This document shows positions 20,019 to 28,564 of a DNA stretch of 64,000 nucleotides, one piece after another (the first letter of the stretch is position 1; the number at the start of each line of letters is the position of its first letter). The position numbers were made by a program, and so were the translations under genes. Source of the DNA: Enterobacter phage ZX14; sequence record PP236086.1; one strand, given 5' to 3'. The notes under the pieces were generated by a model that made no database searches, had not been told where the DNA came from, and saw only the letters and a program-made list of their open reading frames with translations.

Positions 20019-20104
20019 TTTATTACTCCGTGAATTTCAGTATTTGTTTCGATGCAGCTATAATAACATGTTCGCTGTAGATGTAAACACTTTTGTGAAA
20101 AAGA

Positions 20105-20130
20105 TGCCCGAAAGGGCCCGAAGGCCCTTA
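20105..20130 (-). terminator. Intrinsic terminator (GGGCC-UUCG-GGCCC-UUUCGGG)
   Basis: gcccgaaagggcccgaaggccc; UUCG tetraloop on the minus strand. Confidence 0.6.
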
Positions 20131-20132
20131 AC

Positions 20133-20384
20133 TTATTGTTTATTAATCTGATTTTCTGCAAATCGTTTTGGGAATTTAACAAGCCATGCTGTAGCAGACC
20201 ACAATCCACCAACACAGAATGCAGGCAACCAAAGAACAAACCAGAACCACCAATCAGCCGCTGAATGGATATGTTCATTTTTAATGAAGGCCTTGGTAAT
20301 CAAGAACCCGATAGTGAAATACACTGCTATAATAAAGATAGGCATAATCCACCATAATTGTGCTAATAGTAAAGACGTAACCAT
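20133..20384 (-). CDS. Small membrane protein
   Basis: An 83 aa ORF with two TM helices, followed by a UUCG terminator. Confidence 0.45.
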   Translation of the reverse strand: MVTSLLLAQLWWIMPIFIIAVYFTIGFLITKAFIKNEHIHSAADWWFWFVLWLPAFCVGGLWSATAWLVKFPKRFAENQINKQ

Positions 20385-20387
20385 TTA

Positions 20388-21398
20388 TCACCTGTAATAA
20401 GAATTGTGGTTTGCAAGATAAACCTCTTCAAGGAATTTGTTCCAGAAGCTCATGTCAACTTCTTTACGCATACCATTCTTTTCTGCATTCACTGCCAGAA
20501 ATTCGACATGGTCAACGGTATCTTCCAGAAGTTCTTGGACATACTTGAACTTGAACATACCAGCTTTAATCATTCGAATCGTTTCAGCTTCACGCAGTGG
20601 GAATACCAAATCACCTGTTTGATAAATTTCACGTAACTGAATACCAGCGCGATAAGCATGACTCAGAGCTTTCCAGTCAACGCCTTCATTAGCTTCTGCC
20701 TTACGAGCACGTTCGCCATATTCTGCTTCAAGCTTAGTCAAACTGTACTTGATTTCAGCGATAGTGATTGTGTCTTGGAATTTACGTCCCAGCACGTTAT
20801 AGAAGTTCTGCTTGCCCATCTTAGAATCAACGAATTCAGTCCAGAACAAGAACTCGCTTGTCGGCAGAAGATGGGCAATTTCGCCAAGCTTCCAACGTTG
20901 GTTATGAGCCTTATCTTTAGGACGATCTTCATACTTCCATTCAGGATAATCGTTCAGAATATTCAGAATGATTTTCAGATCAGCCAGACGAGAACCCTTG
21001 ACACCATATTTCGCTGCTTGCTTACGGACATAACCCAGATAAGATTTCATATCTGTGGTATAGAAGCGTTCACGGTTATCTTGGATAAACTTCCAGACAT
21101 CCGGTAGGTCGGATTTAACAATCAGATTAGCAGGAGTATGAAGCATATCAAGAGCAACAGTTTCTCCTGACTGAGCGAGTTCCAACCAATATTTGAGAGA
21201 ATAGAGTTCATGATCAACATCCTCATGGCCATTCTTAGAGGCAGTATTATTGGTGTTCATATTAGTATGATTCATTGCACGACCCATAAGAATATCTTTA
21301 GGGTGTGGAACGAAGATTTCTTTGAAATCTGTGTCACTTTCAGGCGTTGACGTGCCATATAAATGGCTACCGAAGTAGCCTTTCATAATTGTCTTCAT
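20388..21398 (-). CDS. Pol-beta-superfamily nucleotidyltransferase-like protein
   Basis: A 336 aa ORF with the N-terminal NTase signature GS-x10-DTD (GYFGSHLYGTSTPESDTDFKEIF). Confidence 0.5.
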   Translation of the reverse strand: MKTIMKGYFGSHLYGTSTPESDTDFKEIFVPHPKDILMGRAMNHTNMNTNNTASKNGHEDVDHELYSLKYWLELAQSGETVALDMLHTPANLIVKSDLPDVWKFIQDNRERFYTTDMKSYLGYVRKQAAKYGVKGSRLADLKIILNILNDYPEWKYEDRPKDKAHNQRWKLGEIAHLLPTSEFLFWTEFVDSKMGKQNFYNVLGRKFQDTITIAEIKYSLTKLEAEYGERARKAEANEGVDWKALSHAYRAGIQLREIYQTGDLVFPLREAETIRMIKAGMFKFKYVQELLEDTVDHVEFLAVNAEKNGMRKEVDMSFWNKFLEEVYLANHNSYYR

Positions 21399-21928
21399 CG
21401 TGTAGGATTACCCCATTCAAATCCAGAGAATGCATCGATAAGAGATTTATCGTTCAGGTTAACCATTACGGCTTTACCATGGTCACTTTCAAGGAACATA
21501 TTACCACCATCTTTAGTGATAGCAAGAACTTTAAACAAATGACCTGCTTTACCAAATATATCGCCAACTACGACCGGGACCATAACTTTAGATTTTTCAC
21601 TGTGATAATGAGTAATCTTATCACCGGCGAAAGAAACTTGTTCTTGAACGCCTTGAGACATCACAGTAACTTTACTTACTTTATAAGCTCTGATTGAACC
21701 TTTAGCATACTCAACCAGCTCAATCAGAGTACGGTTTGAATATACCTTCAACAGCAGCCTGGTATCACGACCACCATCAATAAAGATCGTTGCTGCACCC
21801 TGGAATTCAGAGATAAAGTCAACAATACCATCAATACGTTGACCGTTATCCAGATGGATTTCTAAAGAACGGCCTGTTTCCAGGCATTTCTGGCGACGTC
21901 CTTCAACAACACTCTGTTTAACGAACAT
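21395..21928 (-). CDS. Hypothetical protein
   Basis: A 177 aa ORF translationally coupled to the NTase ORF. Confidence 0.45.
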   Translation of the reverse strand: MFVKQSVVEGRRQKCLETGRSLEIHLDNGQRIDGIVDFISEFQGAATIFIDGGRDTRLLLKVYSNRTLIELVEYAKGSIRAYKVSKVTVMSQGVQEQVSFAGDKITHYHSEKSKVMVPVVVGDIFGKAGHLFKVLAITKDGGNMFLESDHGKAVMVNLNDKSLIDAFSGFEWGNPTR

Positions 21929-21931
21929 GGC

Positions 21932-22423
21932 TTATTCCTTATCTTCTGGTTTGGTGAAGTTCAGAGTAGGGCAGAATTTATCATGCTTGGCTTTAACGAA
22001 AGCGAATACAATATTAGGCTGTTTTGGCTCAATGCCTTGTTCTTTCAGGCGTTCACGTTCTAATTCTTTGTCATACTTACGGTCTTCCCGCCAGTCTTGG
22101 ACACGTTGATACGCCCATACACCGCCAAATACAATAGCACAAGCACCGCCAAGAATAACAGCCAACATAACAATAGAAGCAAAGAAGCTTGCCACATAAG
22201 CCCAGATACCTGCAATACCTAATCCAATCATAGGGTCAACAAGCATATTAGAAAGCATCAATGTCAGACCTGTACCAATGGCACTCAGGAACAGAATACG
22301 GTAGATTACCCCACGGACATAAGGACAAAGAGAACGCGGAACACCTTTAGAAGTAGTGAAGGTATTAGAAACAAGTTTGTAGTGCCAAGAATTAGTATTG
22401 ATATTCATTATATTTCCTTTCAA
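21932..22423 (-). CDS. Membrane protein
   Basis: A 163 aa ORF with 3 TM helices and a charged C-terminal tail. Confidence 0.45.
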   Translation of the reverse strand: MKGNIMNINTNSWHYKLVSNTFTTSKGVPRSLCPYVRGVIYRILFLSAIGTGLTLMLSNMLVDPMIGLGIAGIWAYVASFFASIVMLAVILGGACAIVFGGVWAYQRVQDWREDRKYDKELERERLKEQGIEPKQPNIVFAFVKAKHDKFCPTLNFTKPEDKE

Positions 22424-22430
22424 ATTAAGA

Positions 22431-22637
22431 TTAGAGAATTGGTGTAATTTGTACTAAGTAATCACGCAGAGCAATAATATCACTTTTGTATAAAGCAATA
22501 ACATCACGACCTTGTGTAATTGTCATTACGGTGTTTTCACAAATAGAACGAGCTTTGATTTCAATATCATCGTCGCCATCTTCATTATGGATAGTAGCAC
22601 CGAAGCCACGCCCTTCGTAATTCAGTCCAATTTTCAT
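22431..22637 (-). CDS. Hypothetical protein
   Basis: 68 aa ORF. Confidence 0.35.
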   Translation of the reverse strand: MKIGLNYEGRGFGATIHNEDGDDDIEIKARSICENTVMTITQGRDVIALYKSDIIALRDYLVQITPIL

Positions 22638-22912
22638 TTCAATTTACCTTTAGCTTTTGCATCATGGATTGCAGCAAGAATACCTGCATAGTTCTCTTGG
22701 TCACTTTTACGTACGATAGTCATACTATAAGGCATGCTATCACTATCTTTAATAAAACGTTCCAACTGACAAGTCAGAAGAATTTCAGGGTGGAACAGAG
22801 TATACATCAGATTGCCTGTAGCGCCACGGTATTGGCAAATTTCTACTGACTTGCCACCTTCCCACTGATTAGTTAGGACTAAATCGCCTACTTCAAGCTT
22901 TGGAAAACCCAT
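22634..22912 (-). CDS. Hypothetical protein
   Basis: A 92 aa ORF with a PeSL upstream. Confidence 0.45.
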   Translation of the reverse strand: MGFPKLEVGDLVLTNQWEGGKSVEICQYRGATGNLMYTLFHPEILLTCQLERFIKDSDSMPYSMTIVRKSDQENYAGILAAIHDAKAKGKLK

Positions 22913-22928
22913 TTCAATTTCCTCATGT

Positions 22929-22970
22929 TGTCTGTAGGAGTATCATAACACGTCCTACAGACGTTGTAAA
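22929..22970 (-). promoter_or_regulatory. PeSL-like early promoter (gtctgtagga...tcctacagac + GTTTACA; -10 TATGAT in loop)
   Basis: tgtaaac at 22964-22970. Confidence 0.6.
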
Positions 22971-22973
22971 CAC

Positions 22974-23183
22974 TTAGCGGTTGTGCTTTAAAATCGAGTA
23001 CAAATTTTCGACCTGTGACGCATCTAGAACAATGCGATCGGGTCCTTGAGAAATAAGAATTGCCCCGGGCATAGATTTAAATGATTCAACAGTAGCATCC
23101 ATTGCTTTAGAAGCTTTAGGGTCTTCACGTATTAGATCAATTACACCATCGTCGGAACTACCAATTGGATCGTACAAACTCAT
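22974..23183 (-). CDS. Hypothetical protein
   Basis: 69 aa ORF. Confidence 0.35.
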   Translation of the reverse strand: MSLYDPIGSSDDGVIDLIREDPKASKAMDATVESFKSMPGAILISQGPDRIVLDASQVENLYSILKHNR

Positions 23184-23437
23184 CGCATGCTCCTATGCCA
23201 ACAATTACGTGGCTCACGTTTAAAAATGCTATCATTCATAGTTTGACATTTGATGCAATACATACATCCTTTTACTGCCAGACGACGAGCTTCAGGAATT
23301 TCCTCATCACACTCGTAACAGAACTCTAATGACTCACGATGATCATTAATCTGACTTCTTGCATGAACTACTGCAGCCTGTACGACCGCAGCAATTTCAT
23401 CTTGTTCAGCACCATCTTTAGCAAATCCGACGGCCAT
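23180..23437 (-). CDS. DksA/TraR-type C4 zinc-finger protein
   Basis: An 85 aa ORF with a CxxC-x17-CxxC motif (CYECDEE...CMYCIKC). Confidence 0.45.
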   Translation of the reverse strand: MAVGFAKDGAEQDEIAAVVQAAVVHARSQINDHRESLEFCYECDEEIPEARRLAVKGCMYCIKCQTMNDSIFKREPRNCWHRSMR

Positions 23438-23670
23438 CAGAGCTCCGGGAAACTGTTCAAAAGATGTTTAAAGCGACGAAGTTCTTCAAGTTTCATTTCG
23501 CCGCCACCGAAAGAAGACATACCACTGAACTTAAAGGAAGCACCGATAGCACGTCCATTAAAAATGTCCATGGTAATTAAGGTATTGTCATGACCATTGT
23601 TGTACTCGATAGAACGAGTTACGCCGATATGCCCACCACCATGATTTACAATACGTTCAATAATTTCCAT
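23437..23670 (-). CDS. Hypothetical protein
   Basis: 77 aa ORF. Confidence 0.4.
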   Translation of the reverse strand: MEIIERIVNHGGGHIGVTRSIEYNNGHDNTLITMDIFNGRAIGASFKFSGMSSFGGGEMKLEELRRFKHLLNSFPEL

Positions 23671-23744
23671 CAGAACTTCTCCAGTTCGTTAGTGTAAGAA
23701 CATCTTAACATGTTCGAAAGAGTTTGTAAACACCTTCTTTAAAT

Positions 23745-23770
23745 ACCCGAAAGGGACCCGAAGGTCCCTT
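23745..23770 (-). terminator. Intrinsic terminator (GGGACC-UUCG-GGUCCC-UUUCGGG)
   Basis: acccgaaagggacccgaaggtccc. Confidence 0.6.
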
Positions 23771-24152
23771 ATTTCAATGAAAGCAAATACTTGGTTTGGT
23801 AGCAAACTCCGACTATATCGTCAAGAACACTATGAAGTGCTCTAGGAGTTTTATCGTAAATAGGCTCTGCGCATTTAATCATTTCGTCCATGAACTTAAT
23901 AGTATCTTTAGGCATTTGTGATGCACTCGGTAAAGAAGCAACATATGGTTTACCGGAGAAGCCTAAATATTGTTCACTGAATTTATCGATTAGGGGTTGT
24001 ATTTCAGCATAATAGAAATCGTAAGCTTTATGCCTGGCATAACTATCTGTTTCGAGATGTGCCGATTTAACATAAGCAGTAGAAGCCAATAACCAACCTA
24101 TGAATTGGTCTACCTCAGTTCCTTTTCCTTTTACGAAATCATTGAATTTCAT
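23769..24152 (-). CDS. Hypothetical protein
   Basis: A 127 aa ORF followed by a UUCG terminator. Confidence 0.45.
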   Translation of the reverse strand: MKFNDFVKGKGTEVDQFIGWLLASTAYVKSAHLETDSYARHKAYDFYYAEIQPLIDKFSEQYLGFSGKPYVASLPSASQMPKDTIKFMDEMIKCAEPIYDKTPRALHSVLDDIVGVCYQTKYLLSLK

Positions 24153-24441
24153 TGTCTAGTTTAACCTTATGCGTATATGCATACGCTTTTGCTGCAGAGC
24201 GTCCGTCGATTTCGCAAACTCCTGATAAACAAACTTCATTATTAGCTTTCCATCGGGAATTAACAAAGCTCAAGAATTTATTAGATTCTTTTACACTGGG
24301 TTCCTTAAATTGCTTATAGACACTTAAAGCTCCCTCGACGAATTTTGTATATTCGGCTTCATTTGATGCTGCAGAAGCGACTGGGGCCATAAAGACCCCG
24401 ATTAGTGTGAGTGGAAAACAAATCTTTTTAAGGTGGTCCAT
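24139..24441 (-). CDS. Secreted/periplasmic small protein (rI-like architecture)
   Basis: A 100 aa ORF with an N-terminal signal or anchor (FPLTLIGVFMAPVASAAS). The position downstream of tk matches rI in T4, but sequence similarity is not established. Confidence 0.35.
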   Translation of the reverse strand: MDHLKKICFPLTLIGVFMAPVASAASNEAEYTKFVEGALSVYKQFKEPSVKESNKFLSFVNSRWKANNEVCLSGVCEIDGRSAAKAYAYTHKVKLDNEIQ

Positions 24442-24451
24442 AAGTGGACTC

Positions 24452-24670
24452 CTATCGATTTAAAATATTTTTCTTTGCTGTCAGAACAGCCTTAACTTGT
24501 TTGAGGTATTTTTCCAGTAAACGTTGGTGAGTATAATCAGCTTTGAACCCGTTTTCTTTGAAATCTTGTTTAGAGGCCCCAATCATAGTACCTAGTTCAC
24601 GACGGATTTCATCTAAAGATTCAATAGACAGATTACGTAATTGCTTTTCAGACAAATACTGCATATACAC
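24452..24670 (-). CDS. Hypothetical protein
   Basis: 72 aa ORF. Confidence 0.4.
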   Translation of the reverse strand: MYMQYLSEKQLRNLSIESLDEIRRELGTMIGASKQDFKENGFKADYTHQRLLEKYLKQVKAVLTAKKNILNR

Positions 24671-24726
24671 CTCTTTAGTTAGTTATATGTATTTATTAAA
24701 GTACAACATGTACCCTAAATTTTACT

Positions 24727-25095
24727 TTAGTCCCACAACATCAGGCAAAGACCTTTCTCGTATTTGCGAGCAGCCTTTTCGTCCCAGTTGTAATCAGTAT
24801 CGCTTCTCAGCGAGTGTTTGATTTCCATCTTGTGAAACACACGAGGAATTGGTGATGCATATTTACGCCAGCGAAGAGTTTTCCAGAACGAGTCACGATG
24901 ACGCTCAGCCATCAGTTTAGACAAGCGTTTTGGCTCTTCCATGTTTTCAGCAATATCGCGTTCGATATAAGCTTCGTTACGCGCTTTATTATCGCTTTGG
25001 TGTTTCTTTACATAAGCAAATGGATTGTTCTTTTGAGCGTGCCATTTAGCTGAAGTGGTTACGTGCCAACCCGCACGACGGATAGTTCTTGACAT
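24727..25095 (-). CDS. Hypothetical basic protein
   Basis: 122 aa ORF. Confidence 0.4.
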   Translation of the reverse strand: MSRTIRRAGWHVTTSAKWHAQKNNPFAYVKKHQSDNKARNEAYIERDIAENMEEPKRLSKLMAERHRDSFWKTLRWRKYASPIPRVFHKMEIKHSLRSDTDYNWDEKAARKYEKGLCLMLWD

Positions 25096-25283
25096 AATTA
25101 CCTCGAATAGTAGTTAAACTGCATATTCGATAGTAAAAACCAGATTTAAAGAATTTCATCCTAAAGTCACCTTACATTTGCATTTTGGACATTCGGCTTC
25201 TTTAACACGAAGCCGTTTAGTTTTGGTCTTTGGTGCAGTGTCATGATCGTAAACATGAAGACACCGATAACAAATTACTTGTT

Positions 25284-25862
25284 TCATACACCCACCAGTT
25301 CACACCAATGTTTTCTACACAGTGAGATATAACGGTCCTCACCACCCAATTCAACCTGAGCACCTTCAGTTACAGCAGAACCATCTTCTCTGACTCGTGC
25401 TACCATTGTAGCTTTACGTCCACAATGGCATACACCTTTGAGTTCGACTAATTTATCGGCTGCTGCAAGTAATGCTTTAGAACCTTCAAATAACTCACCA
25501 CGGAAATCAGTACGAAGCCCATAACACATTACAGGACAATTATACAAATCTACGATTTTGCATAACTGGAAAACCTGTTCAGATTCAAGGAACTGTGCTT
25601 CATCGACCATTACACAATGAATGTCACGTTGGACATGAGCCCATTTAAAGAACTCAAGCAAATCCATACCCGGGGTAATAATATTTGCTTCTTGTTTAAG
25701 GCCAATACGAGATACAATTTCAGTAGATGAATCTCTTGAATCAATCGAAGGTTTCATCACTAAAGTACCCATACCGCGTTCTTTATAGTTATTAGCATGT
25801 GAAAGCAAAGCCAGTGATTTACCGGCATTCATACTTGCATAATGAAAATAAAGTTGAGCCAT
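25284..25862 (-). CDS. tk: Thymidine kinase
   Basis: 192 aa: ...YASMNAGKS (P-loop)...VDEAQF...CHCGRKA...SLCRKHW, matching T4 Tk. Confidence 0.9.
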   Translation of the reverse strand: MAQLYFHYASMNAGKSLALLSHANNYKERGMGTLVMKPSIDSRDSSTEIVSRIGLKQEANIITPGMDLLEFFKWAHVQRDIHCVMVDEAQFLESEQVFQLCKIVDLYNCPVMCYGLRTDFRGELFEGSKALLAAADKLVELKGVCHCGRKATMVARVREDGSAVTEGAQVELGGEDRYISLCRKHWCELVGV

Positions 25863-25871
25863 TATAAATCC

Positions 25872-26057
25872 TTAAGCCATAATGCTTTCTAAATATTGTT
25901 CAAGTTGTTCACGAAGATTATCGACTTCTTGTTCATCTTCTTCTTTACTTGAACGAGATGCAGACCAATTGGATTCAGACCATGTTGCTGCGGCCTGAGC
26001 AATACGCATCTCATCGGCTAACCAGAAAATGTGTTCTTTCTGTTCTTTAGTAATCAT
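25872..26057 (-). CDS. Hypothetical protein
   Basis: 61 aa ORF. Confidence 0.35.
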   Translation of the reverse strand: MITKEQKEHIFWLADEMRIAQAAATWSESNWSASRSSKEEDEQEVDNLREQLEQYLESIMA

Positions 26058-26232
26058 ATTCTATACCATCCATAGCAAGAATGTGTTTACGTTGCTTTTC
26101 AAGAGCAGCTTCAGCTTCTTCAAAAAGTTTCTGAGGGCCTTCTAAGCGTTGGTACATTACTTCTTGAGCTAAGTTAATAAGCTTATCAATTTGCTCTACA
26201 ATATAGCACTGTTCTTCATCAGATATGGTCAT
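26047..26232 (-). CDS. Hypothetical protein
   Basis: 61 aa ORF. Confidence 0.35.
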   Translation of the reverse strand: MTISDEEQCYIVEQIDKLINLAQEVMYQRLEGPQKLFEEAEAALEKQRKHILAMDGIEYDY

Positions 26233-26438
26233 TTTGGTTCTCCTGGTTCTACCCAGTCTGGAGTGAATTGGAAGAATCCTTCACCGCCATGATTCTTACA
26301 AGTTTTATTAGAACAATATAACCACCAGTCCCACATTTTGTATGGTAGTGTATTCATCAACTCGTCATTGCACAATGAGAACACAATTGGCCATTTACAA
26401 TCCTTACAACGAGATTTTTCTTTAATATGTGTCTGCAT
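26229..26438 (-). CDS. Small Cys-rich protein
   Basis: A 69 aa ORF with CKDCKW...CSNKTCKNH. Confidence 0.4.
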   Translation of the reverse strand: MQTHIKEKSRCKDCKWPIVFSLCNDELMNTLPYKMWDWWLYCSNKTCKNHGGEGFFQFTPDWVEPGEPK

Positions 26439-26908
26439 CAGTTACCGTCCCAATCTACAATAATGATATTCAGATTAGGAGTGAACATATCGATTAAGAC
26501 CGATACCTTTTCCCAATCACCACCGGCTATACCACAACCAATACGTGGCATATAAACTAATGGAGGAACAATTTTATTAGAACCCCATTCATTTAATTCT
26601 ATCATACAGTTTACTAAAGCACCATAATCAAGATTTGGACCCGGCTCGTATTGTGTATAAAGGTTAAAGCAATATACTTCGTTATCACCTGGCCCATGAA
26701 TCTTAGTTGCCTTAGTATAAGTACCAAGCTTATAAGAGTCGCCAAGCAAAGTATCTGCTTTGTCGATGGCCAGAATAGGAGGATAATATTTTGCTAGTTG
26801 CCCTGCTACTCCAGCACCCATAGAATGGAAACAGTTACAGCCATGAGCAACGTTATGCCCAGACTTGAACAATTCCACGATATTACCGGTGATGTATTTG
26901 GTAATCAT
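26438..26908 (-). CDS. Macro domain protein, TARG1/OARD1 family (ADP-ribosyl hydrolase-like)
   Basis: 156 aa. GNIVELFKSGHNVAHGCNCFHSMGAGVA aligns with human OARD1 [27 protein letters not shown], and MPRIGCGIAGGDWEKVSVLIDMF with OARD1 [24 protein letters not shown]. Confidence 0.75.
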   Translation of the reverse strand: MITKYITGNIVELFKSGHNVAHGCNCFHSMGAGVAGQLAKYYPPILAIDKADTLLGDSYKLGTYTKATKIHGPGDNEVYCFNLYTQYEPGPNLDYGALVNCMIELNEWGSNKIVPPLVYMPRIGCGIAGGDWEKVSVLIDMFTPNLNIIIVDWDGN

Positions 26909-27273
26909 TTAGCGTTTAAACCTCTGTTATAAGCGTCGACTAATCGGTCGACCATAGACGTACACACGTCTTTAAATTGTGCATCGGATGGAATGCATTC
27001 TGTAGTCATTAATCGGTTTTCATATCTTTCAGACAAAGATTTCTCTCTGTATCGAGAACGGGCATCCATTTGCCCGTCTTTATATGAGCTCATAACCTGA
27101 TTACTGAATTCTAAAATACAATCCACATTTGATGGAGAACAATAATCTTTAGCTGTACGCTTTGCATAGTCCAATATATCTGTCATATTGGATTTAGTTA
27201 TTTCAATTTCAGAATTTGCTGATACTCCCACACTTAGTGTTAAACATACTGCCAAAGCTATTTGTTTTAACAT
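26905..27273 (-). CDS. Secreted protein
   Basis: A 122 aa ORF with a cleavable signal peptide (MLKQIALAVCLTLSVGVSANS). Confidence 0.5.
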   Translation of the reverse strand: MLKQIALAVCLTLSVGVSANSEIEITKSNMTDILDYAKRTAKDYCSPSNVDCILEFSNQVMSSYKDGQMDARSRYREKSLSERYENRLMTTECIPSDAQFKDVCTSMVDRLVDAYNRGLNAK

Positions 27274-27825
27274 TTAATCCACCGTTTGATGTAGCATCCT
27301 TTTGGATTTAAGGTAATTTGCCTTAGCAAGAACCTGCGATGCATACTTATTCCCAGCTTTTACATTATTGCCTGCATTGTAAGAAGCAATGGCTTTCCTC
27401 ATATCACCATTATGCCGTTCTAGCCAATAAGATAATTCAATATAAGCCCAGGACGCACTATTTTTGCGATCCTTAACCATTTTGATTATCTCTTTATCTG
27501 ACATCTTCCAACCCACCTGCGCCATCCTATTACGTAGAGTAGGCAAGTAATTTTGGAACATGCCGTAAGCATGATGCTTATGCTTTTCTTCACCTGTATT
27601 TAAGCCTGCAGAACTTTCCTGCCAAGCCAAACCAGCCATTATGTAACCTAAACCGTTATTATCATAACGCTTCGATGGTTCTTTGAACTTACCCGACTTT
27701 TGGAACTGTTCACCGAACGCGTAAGCGTACTGCAAATTGTCAAGTTGTTCATTACTGAAAGTAGGCTCTACGCTATGGGCAGACATACTAACTGTCAATA
27801 GTAAAGTTGCTAATACTTTTTTCAT
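27274..27825 (-). CDS. Secreted lytic transglycosylase (SLT family 1)-like
   Basis: A 183 aa ORF with signal peptide MKKVLATLLLTVSMSAHS and SLT motifs QESS...AYGMFQ...SYNAGNNV. Confidence 0.65.
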   Translation of the reverse strand: MKKVLATLLLTVSMSAHSVEPTFSNEQLDNLQYAYAFGEQFQKSGKFKEPSKRYDNNGLGYIMAGLAWQESSAGLNTGEEKHKHHAYGMFQNYLPTLRNRMAQVGWKMSDKEIIKMVKDRKNSASWAYIELSYWLERHNGDMRKAIASYNAGNNVKAGNKYASQVLAKANYLKSKRMLHQTVD

Positions 27826-27835
27826 GAATTCTCTC

Positions 27836-28294
27836 TTAGATTAAATCAATAACTTTTGTGCTAGTTTTTCCTTCAAGACGACGATTGTTGATGAAAGCCA
27901 TACGACAGCACAGAGATGGCATTTTGCCTGGCTGAGGACGGTCTACGGTCATACCTAACCACAGATTGCGGTCAGTGATTTCAAGACGAAGAGGGCGATA
28001 ATTGATACCAGGTTCTTTGTCTTCTTCAACATCAGGTAATGCCGGCATGTTAAGAAATTCTACAACTTCTTTAACATGATTATGAAGACGTTTGAATAGT
28101 GCAAAGACGTACTGCTCGTCAATTTCACGTTGAATAGCACGGTCCAAGAGGTGAGGGCTGTACTTAACGAAGAAGCGTTTTACGCCGGCTTCAGTACAGG
28201 ACGAGGCAATAGATTTGTTGATTTCGGCGAACTCAGTTTCGAAGATACGACGAAGTTTGTTGCGGCGAATGTAAACGCTTGAATCAATAGACAT
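27836..28294 (-). CDS. regB: Endoribonuclease RegB
   Basis: 152 aa (T4 RegB is 153 aa); ...VYIRRNKLRR...LLDRAIQREIDEQYVF... The genomic position matches; identity is recalled from memory. Confidence 0.6.
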   Translation of the reverse strand: MSIDSSVYIRRNKLRRIFETEFAEINKSIASSCTEAGVKRFFVKYSPHLLDRAIQREIDEQYVFALFKRLHNHVKEVVEFLNMPALPDVEEDKEPGINYRPLRLEITDRNLWLGMTVDRPQPGKMPSLCCRMAFINNRRLEGKTSTKVIDLI

Positions 28295-28300
28295 TTTGAT

Positions 28301-28351
28301 CTCCTTTTAGTGTGTAAGATGATAATAACACAACTAAAAGGAGATGTAAAC
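28301..28351 (-). promoter_or_regulatory. PeSL-like early promoter upstream of regB (ctccttttag...ctaaaaggag + GTTTACA)
   Basis: tgtaaac at 28345-28351. Confidence 0.55.
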
Positions 28352-28354
28352 TGC

Positions 28355-28564
28355 TTACTCTTGGAATGGAGTGAGCTTACCTGCGATTGAACAAATTTCA
28401 ACCAATGCAGGATAGAACTCTTTGACTTGTTCTAAACGTTGCTGAGCGTAAGCCATTTGACCTTCTTCGATACACGCTTCTTGGTCTTTCAGCAGATACT
28501 GATGATATGCTGTACAAGCATCTGAAATGGCGCTCTGGAAATCACGTAAACTTTCAATTTGCAT
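28355..28564 (-). CDS. Hypothetical protein
   Basis: 69 aa ORF. Confidence 0.35.
   Translation of the reverse strand: MQIESLRDFQSAISDACTAYHQYLLKDQEACIEEGQMAYAQQRLEQVKEFYPALVEICSIAGKLTPFQE

Noticed and set aside
19778-20278. 166 aa minus-strand ORF overlapping the ATPase gene and its promoter
   Set aside because: It is in an alternative frame to the Walker A/B-containing ORF, and it spans the promoter/PeSL element and the terminator. Spurious.
24139-24441. Assigning rI (lysis inhibition receptor) by sequence
   Set aside because: Only the architecture (N-terminal anchor plus periplasmic about 75 aa) and the position downstream of tk agree. I cannot confirm sequence similarity from memory, so it is labelled only as rI-like.
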